A stretch of DNA of 64,000 nucleotides from the NCBI GenBank assembly GCA_031274555.1, contig JAISPZ010000066.1, positions 18,020 to 82,019 of the forward strand. The letters are read 5' to 3'. A program made the position numbers and the translations under genes. Of the stretch, positions 1-8,587 are shown one piece after another. This stretch comes from Bacteroidales bacterium. Its GTDB lineage: Bacteria > Bacteroidota > Bacteroidia > Bacteroidales > P3. Every line of letters starts with the position of its first letter. The stretch's first letter is position 1. Under the pieces are notes generated by a model. The model searched no databases. It was not told the origin of the DNA and was given only the letters and a program-made list of their open reading frames with translations.

Positions 1-87
1 TAATTGACATCTTTTGTCTGTCCAAAAATAAAAATCATCAATTGTTGTTGGATTCTTCTCTGTTGCTACTACTTTTCCTATTGCCAT
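1..87 (-). CDS. Partial CDS (first 29 codons; continues past window start); possible HerA/DUF87-type ATPase N-terminus
   Basis: Minus-strand ATG at 85-87, 3 nt after the stop (91-93) of the upstream 388-aa ORF. Translation MAIGKVVATEKNPTTIDDFYFWTDKRCQL stays open to position 1. The IGxV...F-x-F-W start resembles HerA/DUF87 N-terminal barrel domains. Too short for a firm call. Confidence 0.3.
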   Translation of the reverse strand, partial: MAIGKVVATEKNPTTIDDFYFWTDKRCQL

Positions 88-90
88 ATC

Positions 91-1257
91 TTAAAATAAA
101 TTTAGAAAATGCAAATCACTTATGTATTGGCTTTTAATATATTTTTCTGTAAGGTAAACCGGATATAGATGATTCGCCCAACGATTATCATTTCCATAAC
201 ACACAGGATTGCGCTCATTGATAATATTTGCAGTAATTGTATCTATTTCATCGGTTTCCAATCCGTGTTCACTTTCAGAGCCTGTCATTAGCATCTTTTC
301 CATTTTCAATACGCCTGAAAACGGTGTTTCCGTATATTTGGCATCACGGATACGAACATACCATACAGCAAATTTCACATCGCCAAACTGTTCGCCGGGT
401 TCGTACATAACAGCGGGCGTACGATGATACAACTTCAAATTAGCGATGACATAAGCGTTACTTTTATCGTTTTTATCCTTTAATAATTCGGGGTTAAATT
501 GTTTTGAAATACCTATAACCCAACGGTAATTATTTCGTATTTTTGAGATTTCTTTAAAATCGCAGGTTTTCATCGGCTTGTATTGCAAAGAGCCGTCCTT
601 TATTAAATAGGAACTGAAACTCAATAAATTTTTTGCTGTGAGTTGTGCAACGATTTTCTTCTCACACTCAACCATTTCATCCTGAATCTTTGCAATCCCC
701 TTGTTTTCAAAAGTTTCGCCATCCTGTAATCGTTTAGAATCGTATGGCAAGATTTTTGAAATCTTCAGACGATATTTAGACAAAGTGGAAGTTTGATTAA
801 TTTTATCTGCAAGTGAATTAAAAAACAATTCAGGCTTATATCCATCTGCATGGGCATAATCGGGCAAAGACAATACCAAATTGTGTTCAAGGGCTATTTT
901 GGAAAATTTAGATGGACTGACCCGTCGACAGCAACCAACACCAATTTGTCCAGCAATAATAGGGAATACTTTTTTTTGATATTCAATATCATCAATCTTG
1001 TACGTTCTACGAGAGCCGTCAAGAAAAAAAGCAAACAAAGGAATGTCTTTTTCAATCTGTTTGGCTCGCTTCGACAAGTCCCTCATATTCGGAGAATGGT
1101 CGGTTTCACCATATTCCTTCAAATTTATCTTATCGCCTACTTTATCTTCGTATGCAATAGAGGGTACTATCACTCCATCGTAACAGAATTTAAACGAAGT
1201 ATAGCATTTACCGTTCGTTTCTTTTTCGATGAATGATAATATTCTGTCTATTGCCAT
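91..1257 (-). CDS. Hypothetical protein, 388 aa; possibly NurA-like nuclease (functional call weak)
   Basis: Long ORF with no competing frame, followed 3 nt later by the next ORF. Contains FFLDGSRR and IKDGSLQY motifs reminiscent of the (I/V)DGS catalytic motif of NurA-family nucleases. Confidence refers to it being a real CDS. Confidence 0.6.
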   Translation of the reverse strand: MAIDRILSFIEKETNGKCYTSFKFCYDGVIVPSIAYEDKVGDKINLKEYGETDHSPNMRDLSKRAKQIEKDIPLFAFFLDGSRRTYKIDDIEYQKKVFPIIAGQIGVGCCRRVSPSKFSKIALEHNLVLSLPDYAHADGYKPELFFNSLADKINQTSTLSKYRLKISKILPYDSKRLQDGETFENKGIAKIQDEMVECEKKIVAQLTAKNLLSFSSYLIKDGSLQYKPMKTCDFKEISKIRNNYRWVIGISKQFNPELLKDKNDKSNAYVIANLKLYHRTPAVMYEPGEQFGDVKFAVWYVRIRDAKYTETPFSGVLKMEKMLMTGSESEHGLETDEIDTITANIINERNPVCYGNDNRWANHLYPVYLTEKYIKSQYISDLHFLNLF

Positions 1258-1445
1258 ACAAGTATTTATTCATCTTTAAAACTATAACAACAAAGTTTAA
1301 AAAATCAGTTTGCAAAGGTACAGCTTTTTTTCGTATTTATGCCAAAAAAATGTCAGCGCAAATAAACGAGATAATTAACAGCTTTCAACAGGAAGCTAAC
1401 AGGTTTTCCACAAGTTATTCTATTGGTAGAAATATTATTTTTATG

Positions 1446-1453
1446 TACTTTTG
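1446..1453 (+). promoter_or_regulatory. Bacteroidota -7 promoter box TACTTTTG upstream of dnaB
   Basis: Exact match to the TAnnTTTG consensus, 48 nt upstream of the dnaB ATG. Confidence 0.5.
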
Positions 1454-1500
1454 CCACGAACGGATTTTTAATAAATTTTTAAGCAATTTCCGCCAAGCAA

Positions 1501-3018
1501 ATGGAAACAGAAACAATTCGCAGAAATGCAATAAAAAATTCGCTGTCAGATAAGATATTTCTGGAACAGGGAAAACTTCCACCACAGGCTGTGGAAGTAG
1601 AACGGCTTATACTCGGAGCATTTATGATAGACGAAAACGCTCAAGTGGCAGTCGGAGATATTTTGCGTCCAGAGTTTTTTTACATTCCCGAACATCAGAC
1701 AATTTTCAAAGCAATATCAGAACTTATTGCAGACTCCCGCCCAATAGACCTTATAACTGTTTCGGAACATCTTAAAAAAAGTGGAGAACTTGAAGCTATT
1801 GGCGGTGTAGCATATATATCATCCCTGACAAACAGAATATCTTCTTCGGCACATATTGAATTTCACACAAAAATAGTTCAGGAAAAATATATTCAACGCG
1901 AACTTATAAAAACAGCTGCCGTAATAACTAAAGAAGCATTTTCCGAAACATCCGATGTCATAGAAACACTTGACCGTGCAGAACAGAAACTTCTTGATAT
2001 TGGCGATGCAAACTTCCATAATGAGTATCAGGATATTCATCTTCTTGTTGCGCAAGTGCGCCAAAATATCGAAGAAGTCAGCAAGTTGCAGGATTCCATG
2101 AGTGGTATTCCGTCAGGATTTACCGAGTTGGATAAAATCACAAACGGCTGGCAGAAAGGCAACCTTATAATAGTGGCAGCACGTCCCGCTATGGGTAAAA
2201 CAGCATTCGCTCTTTCGATGGCTCGAAATATGGCTGTCGATTTTAAACGTCCTGTCGCATTTTTTTCTCTTGAAATGACGGCAGTAGAGCTTGCCCAACG
2301 CCTCGTTTCGAGCGAATCGGAGATAAAGGGTGAACAGTTAAAACGTGGCGAACTTTCGGCAACGGAATGGGAAAGATTAATTGAAAAGTCTGCAATACTC
2401 GCGGACGCACCTCTCTACATAAACGACAGTTCGGCAATCACCATGTACGAACTCCGCGCCCAATGCAGACGTCTAAAGCAGAAGCATAAAATAGAGGCTG
2501 TATTTATCGACTATCTTCAACTCATGCAAGGCGGTTCAACATTTAAAGGTGGCACAAGGGAGCAGGAAATAAGTCAGATTTCACGTCAGTTAAAATCGCT
2601 TGCAAAGGAACTTTCAATACCCGTAATAGCACTCGCACAGTTGAGCCGTCAGGTGGAAACACGCGGTGGCGACAAGCAGCCACAGCTTTCCGACCTTCGT
2701 GAATCTGGTGCTATTGAGCAGGACGCGGATATTGTATCGTTTATATACCGTCCTGAATATTATGGGCTTAAAGAAGACGACAAAGGAAATTCCACGCTTG
2801 GAAAAGGCTACATAAAGGTGGCAAAGCATCGTAATGGTTCAACAGGAAATGTCGCTCTGCGATGGATAAATCATCTTGCACGTTTTGAAAATATAGAACA
2901 GGATACTTCGCCTAATTCGGAGCAGTGGTATATCCCTAACGACTCGCAAGGTCAAAGTCAAGGTCCTTCCATTGTTACAATACCCTCCAAAATGAATGAC
3001 GAACAAATTCCTTTTTAA
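1501..3018 (+). CDS. dnaB: Replicative DNA helicase DnaB
   Basis: 505 aa. Has the N-terminal DnaB domain (PPQAVEVERLILGAFM), Walker A ARPAMGKTAFAL, IDYLQLM and RESGAIEQDADIV motifs. Confidence 0.95.
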   Translation: METETIRRNAIKNSLSDKIFLEQGKLPPQAVEVERLILGAFMIDENAQVAVGDILRPEFFYIPEHQTIFKAISELIADSRPIDLITVSEHLKKSGELEAIGGVAYISSLTNRISSSAHIEFHTKIVQEKYIQRELIKTAAVITKEAFSETSDVIETLDRAEQKLLDIGDANFHNEYQDIHLLVAQVRQNIEEVSKLQDSMSGIPSGFTELDKITNGWQKGNLIIVAARPAMGKTAFALSMARNMAVDFKRPVAFFSLEMTAVELAQRLVSSESEIKGEQLKRGELSATEWERLIEKSAILADAPLYINDSSAITMYELRAQCRRLKQKHKIEAVFIDYLQLMQGGSTFKGGTREQEISQISRQLKSLAKELSIPVIALAQLSRQVETRGGDKQPQLSDLRESGAIEQDADIVSFIYRPEYYGLKEDDKGNSTLGKGYIKVAKHRNGSTGNVALRWINHLARFENIEQDTSPNSEQWYIPNDSQGQSQGPSIVTIPSKMNDEQIPF

Positions 3019-3051
3019 TCAATTTTCAACAAATTTTGTAACTTCGCAGGA

Positions 3052-3984
3052 ATGAAGCGTTTTTGTCTATTGACTACACTTGTGATTTCCCTGTCATTTT
3101 CCACTCATGCACAGGACACCATAGCTCCTGCGTATTTGCTGCCCGCACAGCATGACACTGCGAAATCCATAATACCTGATCCATACATTTTTGTTGATAG
3201 ATACAGCGTATCGGAGAGCAGGGACGACAGTCTTCTTATTTGGGAGATGTTTTCGGATTATTCGCATTTTTATGAACTCGAAAGTATAGTGGAACAATAT
3301 CTTTCGTTTGACGATAATACTATCCATTATTCACCGCGTTTCGATCCTCTAAAAAAGAAAGACACCACCTTGATTTATCTGTTGGACAGTGGCGAATATG
3401 TTCATCCGTCCCCAGGCCATATTACGTCCCGCTTCGGTCCTCGCCGCAGGAAGTACCACTATGGTACGGATATAAAACTTTATACCGGCGATACTGTTCG
3501 TTCGGCATTTGATGGTGTGGTACGAATTTCAAGATATAATCGAAGCTATGGTTACTTGATAATTGTGCGGCACTATAACGGACTCGAAACATATTATGCT
3601 CATTTGTCGAAACTTATCGCTGTGCCTGACCAAAAAGTGAAAGCTGGTGACGTACTCGGACTTGGAGGTAATACTGGACGAAGTTCTGGGGCGCATCTCC
3701 ATTGGGAGATACGCTATCTCGGCACACCGATAAATCCTGAAAAGATAGTTGATATTGCAAATGGGAAATTATTTTCCGACACTCTCTATCTTTGCAGAGC
3801 GTTATTTTCATATATAAAGGGTAGCGGAAGTGACGGCACAACTCGTTATCACAAGGTTAAAAACGGCGAAACTCTCTCGTCTATTGCTCGCCGATACGGT
3901 ACTTCAGTCTCAAATTTGCAACGTCTTAACCGCATGAGCCGCTCAACCACTATAAGGGTCGGCAGTTCGCTCAGAGTACGGTAG
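3052..3984 (+). CDS. M23 family metallopeptidase with C-terminal LysM domain
   Basis: Signal peptide. M23 motifs HYGTDI and GNTGRSSGAHLHWEIR. C-terminal LysM-like YHKVKNGETLSSIARRYGTSVSNLQRLN. Confidence 0.9.
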   Translation: MKRFCLLTTLVISLSFSTHAQDTIAPAYLLPAQHDTAKSIIPDPYIFVDRYSVSESRDDSLLIWEMFSDYSHFYELESIVEQYLSFDDNTIHYSPRFDPLKKKDTTLIYLLDSGEYVHPSPGHITSRFGPRRRKYHYGTDIKLYTGDTVRSAFDGVVRISRYNRSYGYLIIVRHYNGLETYYAHLSKLIAVPDQKVKAGDVLGLGGNTGRSSGAHLHWEIRYLGTPINPEKIVDIANGKLFSDTLYLCRALFSYIKGSGSDGTTRYHKVKNGETLSSIARRYGTSVSNLQRLNRMSRSTTIRVGSSLRVR

Positions 3985-4700
3985 CGTTGCCACCGAAACC
4001 CGCAGTGGGGCGCGTTAGGGATAGGAGCGGAAATCCTTTTGCCTGCGGTGGGTTTTGGGGTTGTTAGTGCGCGGGGGCGGGGGGACGGCGGGGGAATGGG
4101 TGGCGAGTGGGCGGTATGTCTGTTGATGAGATTGCGACAGGGCGCGGGGCGCAGGCGGACAGGCGGCGAGCAGGGACGTGGGGGCGCGGGGGCGGCGCGA
4201 GAGAGGTGTAGCACTCGTAATTCGTAACTGATAATTCGTAATTGGATAGGGCGTGGGGTGCGTGAGGGATAGAGCGAATATCCTTTTGCCTGCGGTGGGA
4301 TTGAGGATTGTCAGTGGGATAAAGGTGTTGGTGGATTTGGGGCAGGGTGTTGGTTTTTGCGAACCAACGGTGGGATTGAGGATTGTCAGTGGGATAAGGG
4401 TGTTGGTGGATTTGGGGCGGGGTGTTGGTTTTTGCGGACAGGCAAAAGATTATTGCTTCGCAATGAAGTCGCTCTCGCTCGGCATAGTCCGCGCAAGCGC
4501 GTCCTCTGCCCTCGCTTACTCGCGACTTTGCAGCGATAGCCCGACCCTGCTGCGGACAGACGGACGGCGGGCGTAGTCAAGATGTGGTGTAACAGGGCTG
4601 GCGGCTTCAATATTCCTTTTCTGTCCGCAACAGGGGCACGCCCAAATAAGAAACAGGGGCACGCTCAAATAAAACCTTGTCAGTTTTTCACTATCTTTGC
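3985..4700. repeat. Composite GC-rich intergenic repeat region
   Basis: Five parts. (1) A 5' fragment of the GC-rich element (gcgttagggataggagcggaaatcc, 4011-4051). (2) A G-rich tract at 4039-4214. (3) An AATTCGT-like patch near 4215-4245. (4) A 2 x 74-nt tandem unit at 4295-4436. (5) An 83-nt hairpin module at 4448-4530, shared with 19823-19905. Base composition contrasts sharply with the flanking AT-rich DNA. Confidence 0.8.
4692..4699 (+). promoter_or_regulatory. -7 promoter box TATCTTTG
   Basis: Exact TAnnTTTG match, 19 nt upstream of the ATG at 4718. Confidence 0.55.
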
Positions 4701-4717
4701 CTTTATACTGAAAAAAT

Positions 4718-5836
4718 ATGTCTGAAGTTTATTTTACTAATCTGCGCACTCACGCCGGACACAACTTGTTGCATAAGTTGGAGAAAATCGTGCTTAAAGC
4801 TGGCATTGAAAATATTGATTTCAAGAAGAAAATCATTGCTGTAAAAATTCATTTCGGCGAGGCGGGAAATCTCGCTTATCTACGTCCGAACTATGCTGCG
4901 GCTATTGTCAAGTTGTTGCAACGTTTTGGCGGAAAGCCGTTTTTAACCGATAGCAACACGCTTTATACGGGTTCGCGCTCTAATGCGGTGGATCATTTTA
5001 TGTGTGCCATGCAGAATGGATTTAATCCGCTCGCTGTGCCGTGTCCGGTAATTATTGCTGACGGGCTTAAAGGTACCGAATATCGTGAGATAAATATTGA
5101 CGGCGAACTTTGTAAAGCACCTAAAATCGGCTCTGCCATTGCCGATGCGGATATTGTGATAAGTATGAACCATTTCAAGGGACACGAACAGGCGGGTTTT
5201 GGCGGCTGTATCAAGAATTTGGGAATGGGTAGCGGCAGTGTCGGTGGCAAGATGGAGATGCATGGAAATTCGCAGCCGCAGGTGCAGAAAAATAATTGCA
5301 CAGGTTGTCGTGTATGTGTTAAAAATTGCAATTATGGGGCGATTACTCTTAGTGACGAAAGACGTGCTGTTATTAACTATTCGCTCTGCGTAGGGTGTGG
5401 ACAGTGTGTTGCACTTTGTCAGTATGACGGAGTAGTGCTTGGTTCAAGCGATACTACGGAAAATCTTTCGCGCAAAATTGCTGAATATACGAAAGCGGTA
5501 GTTTTTGACAAGCCCAATTTTCACATCAATTTTATTATGAATGTGTCGCCTGAATGTGATTGTTGGGGACATAACGATGCTGCGATAATTCCTGATTTGG
5601 GTATTGCCTGCTCATTCGATCCTGTCGCTCTTGATGCGTGCTGTGCCGATATTGTTAAGAATGCTCCTGTCCTGAAAAATACATTTCTTACTGATAAAAA
5701 TCCGAACGTCGAGAGTGGCATTGGGGAAGACAAATCGCACCTGCTACATCCAAACGCTCGCTTTGACGCGGGATTGGAACATGCCGAAAAAATCGGCGTA
5801 GGCACACGCAAATATCAACTGATAGAGGTAAAATAA
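4718..5836 (+). CDS. DUF362-like protein with 4Fe-4S dicluster domain
   Basis: 372 aa. Two ferredoxin-type motifs, CTGCRVCVKNC and CVGCGQCVALC, embedded in a DUF362-like scaffold. Confidence 0.75.
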   Translation: MSEVYFTNLRTHAGHNLLHKLEKIVLKAGIENIDFKKKIIAVKIHFGEAGNLAYLRPNYAAAIVKLLQRFGGKPFLTDSNTLYTGSRSNAVDHFMCAMQNGFNPLAVPCPVIIADGLKGTEYREINIDGELCKAPKIGSAIADADIVISMNHFKGHEQAGFGGCIKNLGMGSGSVGGKMEMHGNSQPQVQKNNCTGCRVCVKNCNYGAITLSDERRAVINYSLCVGCGQCVALCQYDGVVLGSSDTTENLSRKIAEYTKAVVFDKPNFHINFIMNVSPECDCWGHNDAAIIPDLGIACSFDPVALDACCADIVKNAPVLKNTFLTDKNPNVESGIGEDKSHLLHPNARFDAGLEHAEKIGVGTRKYQLIEVK

Positions 5837-5856
5837 TCGGTACGCACAAAACTATT

Positions 5857-6918
5857 ATGCAGAACGCCCACACACAAGTCAAAACAGACACAAACGTAAA
5901 GGTCGCAACAGTTATTCTCAATTGGAATGGTAAACATTTTTTAGAAAAATTTTTGCCTGTACTTTTATCTTGCAATACACAAGAACGTTCGGAAATTATT
6001 ATTGCCGATAACGCTTCTACCGACGAGTCTGTTTCTTTTCTCAAAAACAATTATCCAAATATTCGCATTATTGAAAACTCTTTTAACGAGGGCTTTGCGG
6101 GTGGGTATAACACTGCGTTAAAGCAAGTCGAAGCTGAATATTATATACTGCTAAATTCCGATATTGAAGTTACTCCTCATTGGATTGAGCCAATTATTGA
6201 AATGATGGATAACGATAAAAAAATTGCTGCTGTCCAACCAAAAATTCTCTCATATTACGAAAAAGAAAAGTTTGAATATGCTGGCGCAGCGGGCGGTTTC
6301 ATCGACTATCTGGGTTATCCCTTTTGCAGGGGCAGAATATTTGCAAACACTGAAAAAGACGAACATCAATACGACAATGTATGCGAAATTTTTTGGGCGA
6401 CAGGTGCTGCAATCTTTGTCAGAGCTGAAGTCTATCACTCGCTCGGCGGATTAGACAGAGATTTTTTTGCACATCAGGAAGAAATTGATTTTTGTTGGAG
6501 AGCAAAAAATAACGGATATAAAATAATGTACTGCCCCAACTCCACTATTTATCATATTGGCGGTGGCACCTTACCTAAAAGCTCCGCAAGAAAAACATAT
6601 CTTAATTTTAGAAATAATTTTGCCCTTTTGTATAAAAATTTACCAAAAAATAAATTTCTAAAAATATTTTTTTTACGTTTTCCACTTGATATTTTAGCTG
6701 CATTTTCTTTTCTTGCAAAAGGCAATTTGGCAGAATTTTTTGCCGTATTTAAGGCGTTTCGCGACTTTCTTAAAATGCGAAATAAAAACAAGAGTAATTG
6801 GAGTTTGCTTGTACGTAAAGACCATTTAGGACAGATATATTTTCGTTCTCTCGTCCTGAAACATTATCTTGGGCGAGTGGATAAATTCAGTCAATTGTCC
6901 ACAAAAAATTTTTCATAA
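5857..6918 (+). CDS. Family 2 glycosyltransferase
   Basis: 353 aa. N-terminal VATVILNWNG...ADNASTDES and LLNSD motifs typical of GT2 (rhamnosyltransferase-like) enzymes. Confidence 0.85.
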   Translation: MQNAHTQVKTDTNVKVATVILNWNGKHFLEKFLPVLLSCNTQERSEIIIADNASTDESVSFLKNNYPNIRIIENSFNEGFAGGYNTALKQVEAEYYILLNSDIEVTPHWIEPIIEMMDNDKKIAAVQPKILSYYEKEKFEYAGAAGGFIDYLGYPFCRGRIFANTEKDEHQYDNVCEIFWATGAAIFVRAEVYHSLGGLDRDFFAHQEEIDFCWRAKNNGYKIMYCPNSTIYHIGGGTLPKSSARKTYLNFRNNFALLYKNLPKNKFLKIFFLRFPLDILAAFSFLAKGNLAEFFAVFKAFRDFLKMRNKNKSNWSLLVRKDHLGQIYFRSLVLKHYLGRVDKFSQLSTKNFS

Positions 6919-6977
6919 ATCCACAGCACTTTTAAAAATCATATTGTAAAAACGGAAATTTGTTCGTTATTTATAGT

Positions 6978-8078
6978 ATGATTTACTCCATAGCCTTTAC
7001 ATTTTTGAAAAGTAAAAATATCTTTTCTAAAAACGAACTGCTCGCGAACATTCAGTCGCCAAAGCTACTATTCACGCTCTCTACGGATGATATGACTGAG
7101 CAGTTAAATCTTAATCCTAAAGTATCTCTTAATATTTTTTCGCAGCGAGATGACTGCTTAAAAAAAGCGCACGAACAGATTGACGAGGCAAGAAAAAGAG
7201 ATGTAAAAATTATTGACAGATATAGTGTCGGCTACCCCACTCTCTTAAAGGAAATTGCAGACGACCCTGTCGTGCTTTATGTGAAGGGTGAGTTAATTCT
7301 CGATAACAGGAAAATGCTAAGTATTGTCGGAACGCGCTGCGCAACGCATTATGGGATAGAACAGACTGCTAAAATCGTAAGTGGACTCGCTACTTCACAC
7401 ATTTGTATTGTGAGCGGACTCGCACTCGGAATAGATACGGAAGCTCATAAAAATGCTATAGACAACGGTCTTCCAACAATTGCCGTACTTGGGAATGGGC
7501 TTGATATGATTTATCCACCGACAAATAAAATTCTCGCTCAAAAAATTTTAGACAGTGGAGGTGCGATAATAAGTGAAATGCCTTTTAATACTCCGATGGG
7601 ACAATGGCTTTTTCCGAGAAGAAACAGGATTATTGCAGGCATGACACACGCAACATTAGTCGTTGAAGCGTCTGTCAGAGGTGGTGCACTTATTACTGCG
7701 GCACGTGCCAACGATTATAACAGGACTGTATTCGCCATTGCGGGTAGAAGTGACGCACCATTTTCTCAAGGGTGCAATGCGTTTATAAAAAACAATAAGG
7801 CTATGCTTATTGAAAATGCAGAGGATATTCTAAATTCTATGGGATGGGACATTTCTACTAAGAACTCAAAACAACATTCTGTCTATGCCTCAAATCTTCC
7901 CGAAAAAGAAATTGAAATACTCGAAATTATAGATGCAGAAAAGCCTTGTTCTCTCGATTTAATTTTTGAAAAAACAAATTTCGCCATTCCTGAAATTTTA
8001 TCCATCCTCACAAAGCTCGAAGTCGGTGGCTTCATAAAAGAAATTCCCGGCTGTATGTATGAGAGTGTCAGGCGTTGA
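6978..8078 (+). CDS. dprA: DNA-processing protein DprA (Smf)
   Basis: Rossmann-like DprA core (IVGTRCATHYG, VSGLALGIDTEAHKNAI, FPRRNRIIAG) plus a C-terminal wHTH-like tail. The ORF track starts at a TTG at 6960; the ATG at 6978 is preferred. Confidence 0.85.
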   Translation: MIYSIAFTFLKSKNIFSKNELLANIQSPKLLFTLSTDDMTEQLNLNPKVSLNIFSQRDDCLKKAHEQIDEARKRDVKIIDRYSVGYPTLLKEIADDPVVLYVKGELILDNRKMLSIVGTRCATHYGIEQTAKIVSGLATSHICIVSGLALGIDTEAHKNAIDNGLPTIAVLGNGLDMIYPPTNKILAQKILDSGGAIISEMPFNTPMGQWLFPRRNRIIAGMTHATLVVEASVRGGALITAARANDYNRTVFAIAGRSDAPFSQGCNAFIKNNKAMLIENAEDILNSMGWDISTKNSKQHSVYASNLPEKEIEILEIIDAEKPCSLDLIFEKTNFAIPEILSILTKLEVGGFIKEIPGCMYESVRR

Positions 8079-8170
8079 AAATGACTTTTATTAAAAAATA
8101 CGACATCTCTCTATAACATTAATATCTTTACTTACAGATTAACATCTGCACTGCATAAACTTTTTTAATT

Positions 8171-8458
8171 AGGATTTAGTGGATCGTAAAAAATTTAACG
8201 TAAATTCGCCTCAATTGTCTGACTGACATACAATATATTTTATGCTGTTTTGAAACGAGCATGGCACAGTTTATTGGCGAGTTCCATACGGTCTATTTAC
8301 AACAACTAATAAACGTATGAAACGAGCATGGCAACCGATGAAAACAAAGCTATCAAATATGGTAATGCCATTCATCACGATCAAGATTTGATATATTTTG
8401 ATTGACAAACCATAGTGTCTATTTTTACGATCCATTTCAACAAAAATCCCCTAAATCG
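8171..8458. repeat. Inverted-repeat-bounded segment between dprA and the CRISPR leader
   Basis: Perfect 13-bp inverted repeat tggatcgtaaaaa (8180-8192) / tttttacgatcca (8422-8434). Additional ggatttag / ctaaatc arms lie outside it. The segment encloses two copies of the GAAACGAGCATGGCA dispersed element. Confidence 0.5.
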
Positions 8459-8536
8459 CTGTATTTTATGGGTAAAGCGCAGTAATATTTTTTTTCATAT
8501 TTAATGGGTGGGAAAAACATACTTCATTATAGAAAT

Positions 8537-8567
8537 TTTGAAATATCCATTATTATTGGTAACTTCG
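8537..8567 (+). promoter_or_regulatory. Candidate pre-crRNA promoter (-33 TTTG, -7 TAACTTCG)
   Basis: TTTG at 8537-8540 and the near-consensus -7 box TAACTTCG at 8560-8567 are separated by 19 nt. The -7 box ends 20 nt upstream of the first repeat. The -7 box has one mismatch (C for T). Confidence 0.35.
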
Positions 8568-8587
8568 CACACCATTTGCGAAATGGG

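Noticed and set aside
1233-1553. 106-aa ORF upstream of and overlapping the dnaB start
   Set aside because: It covers the divergent promoter region, including the TACTTTTG box, and overlaps dnaB. It is low-complexity with no recognisable motifs.
3849-4610. ORFs 3849..4214(-), 4039..4227(+), 4253..4576(+), 4357..4539(+) and 4386..4610(-), which encode Gly/Arg/Pro-rich peptides
   Set aside because: They overlap one another in several frames and on both strands, and coincide exactly with GC-rich tandem or dispersed repeats. They have no start context or recognisable domains. They are treated as non-coding repeat DNA.
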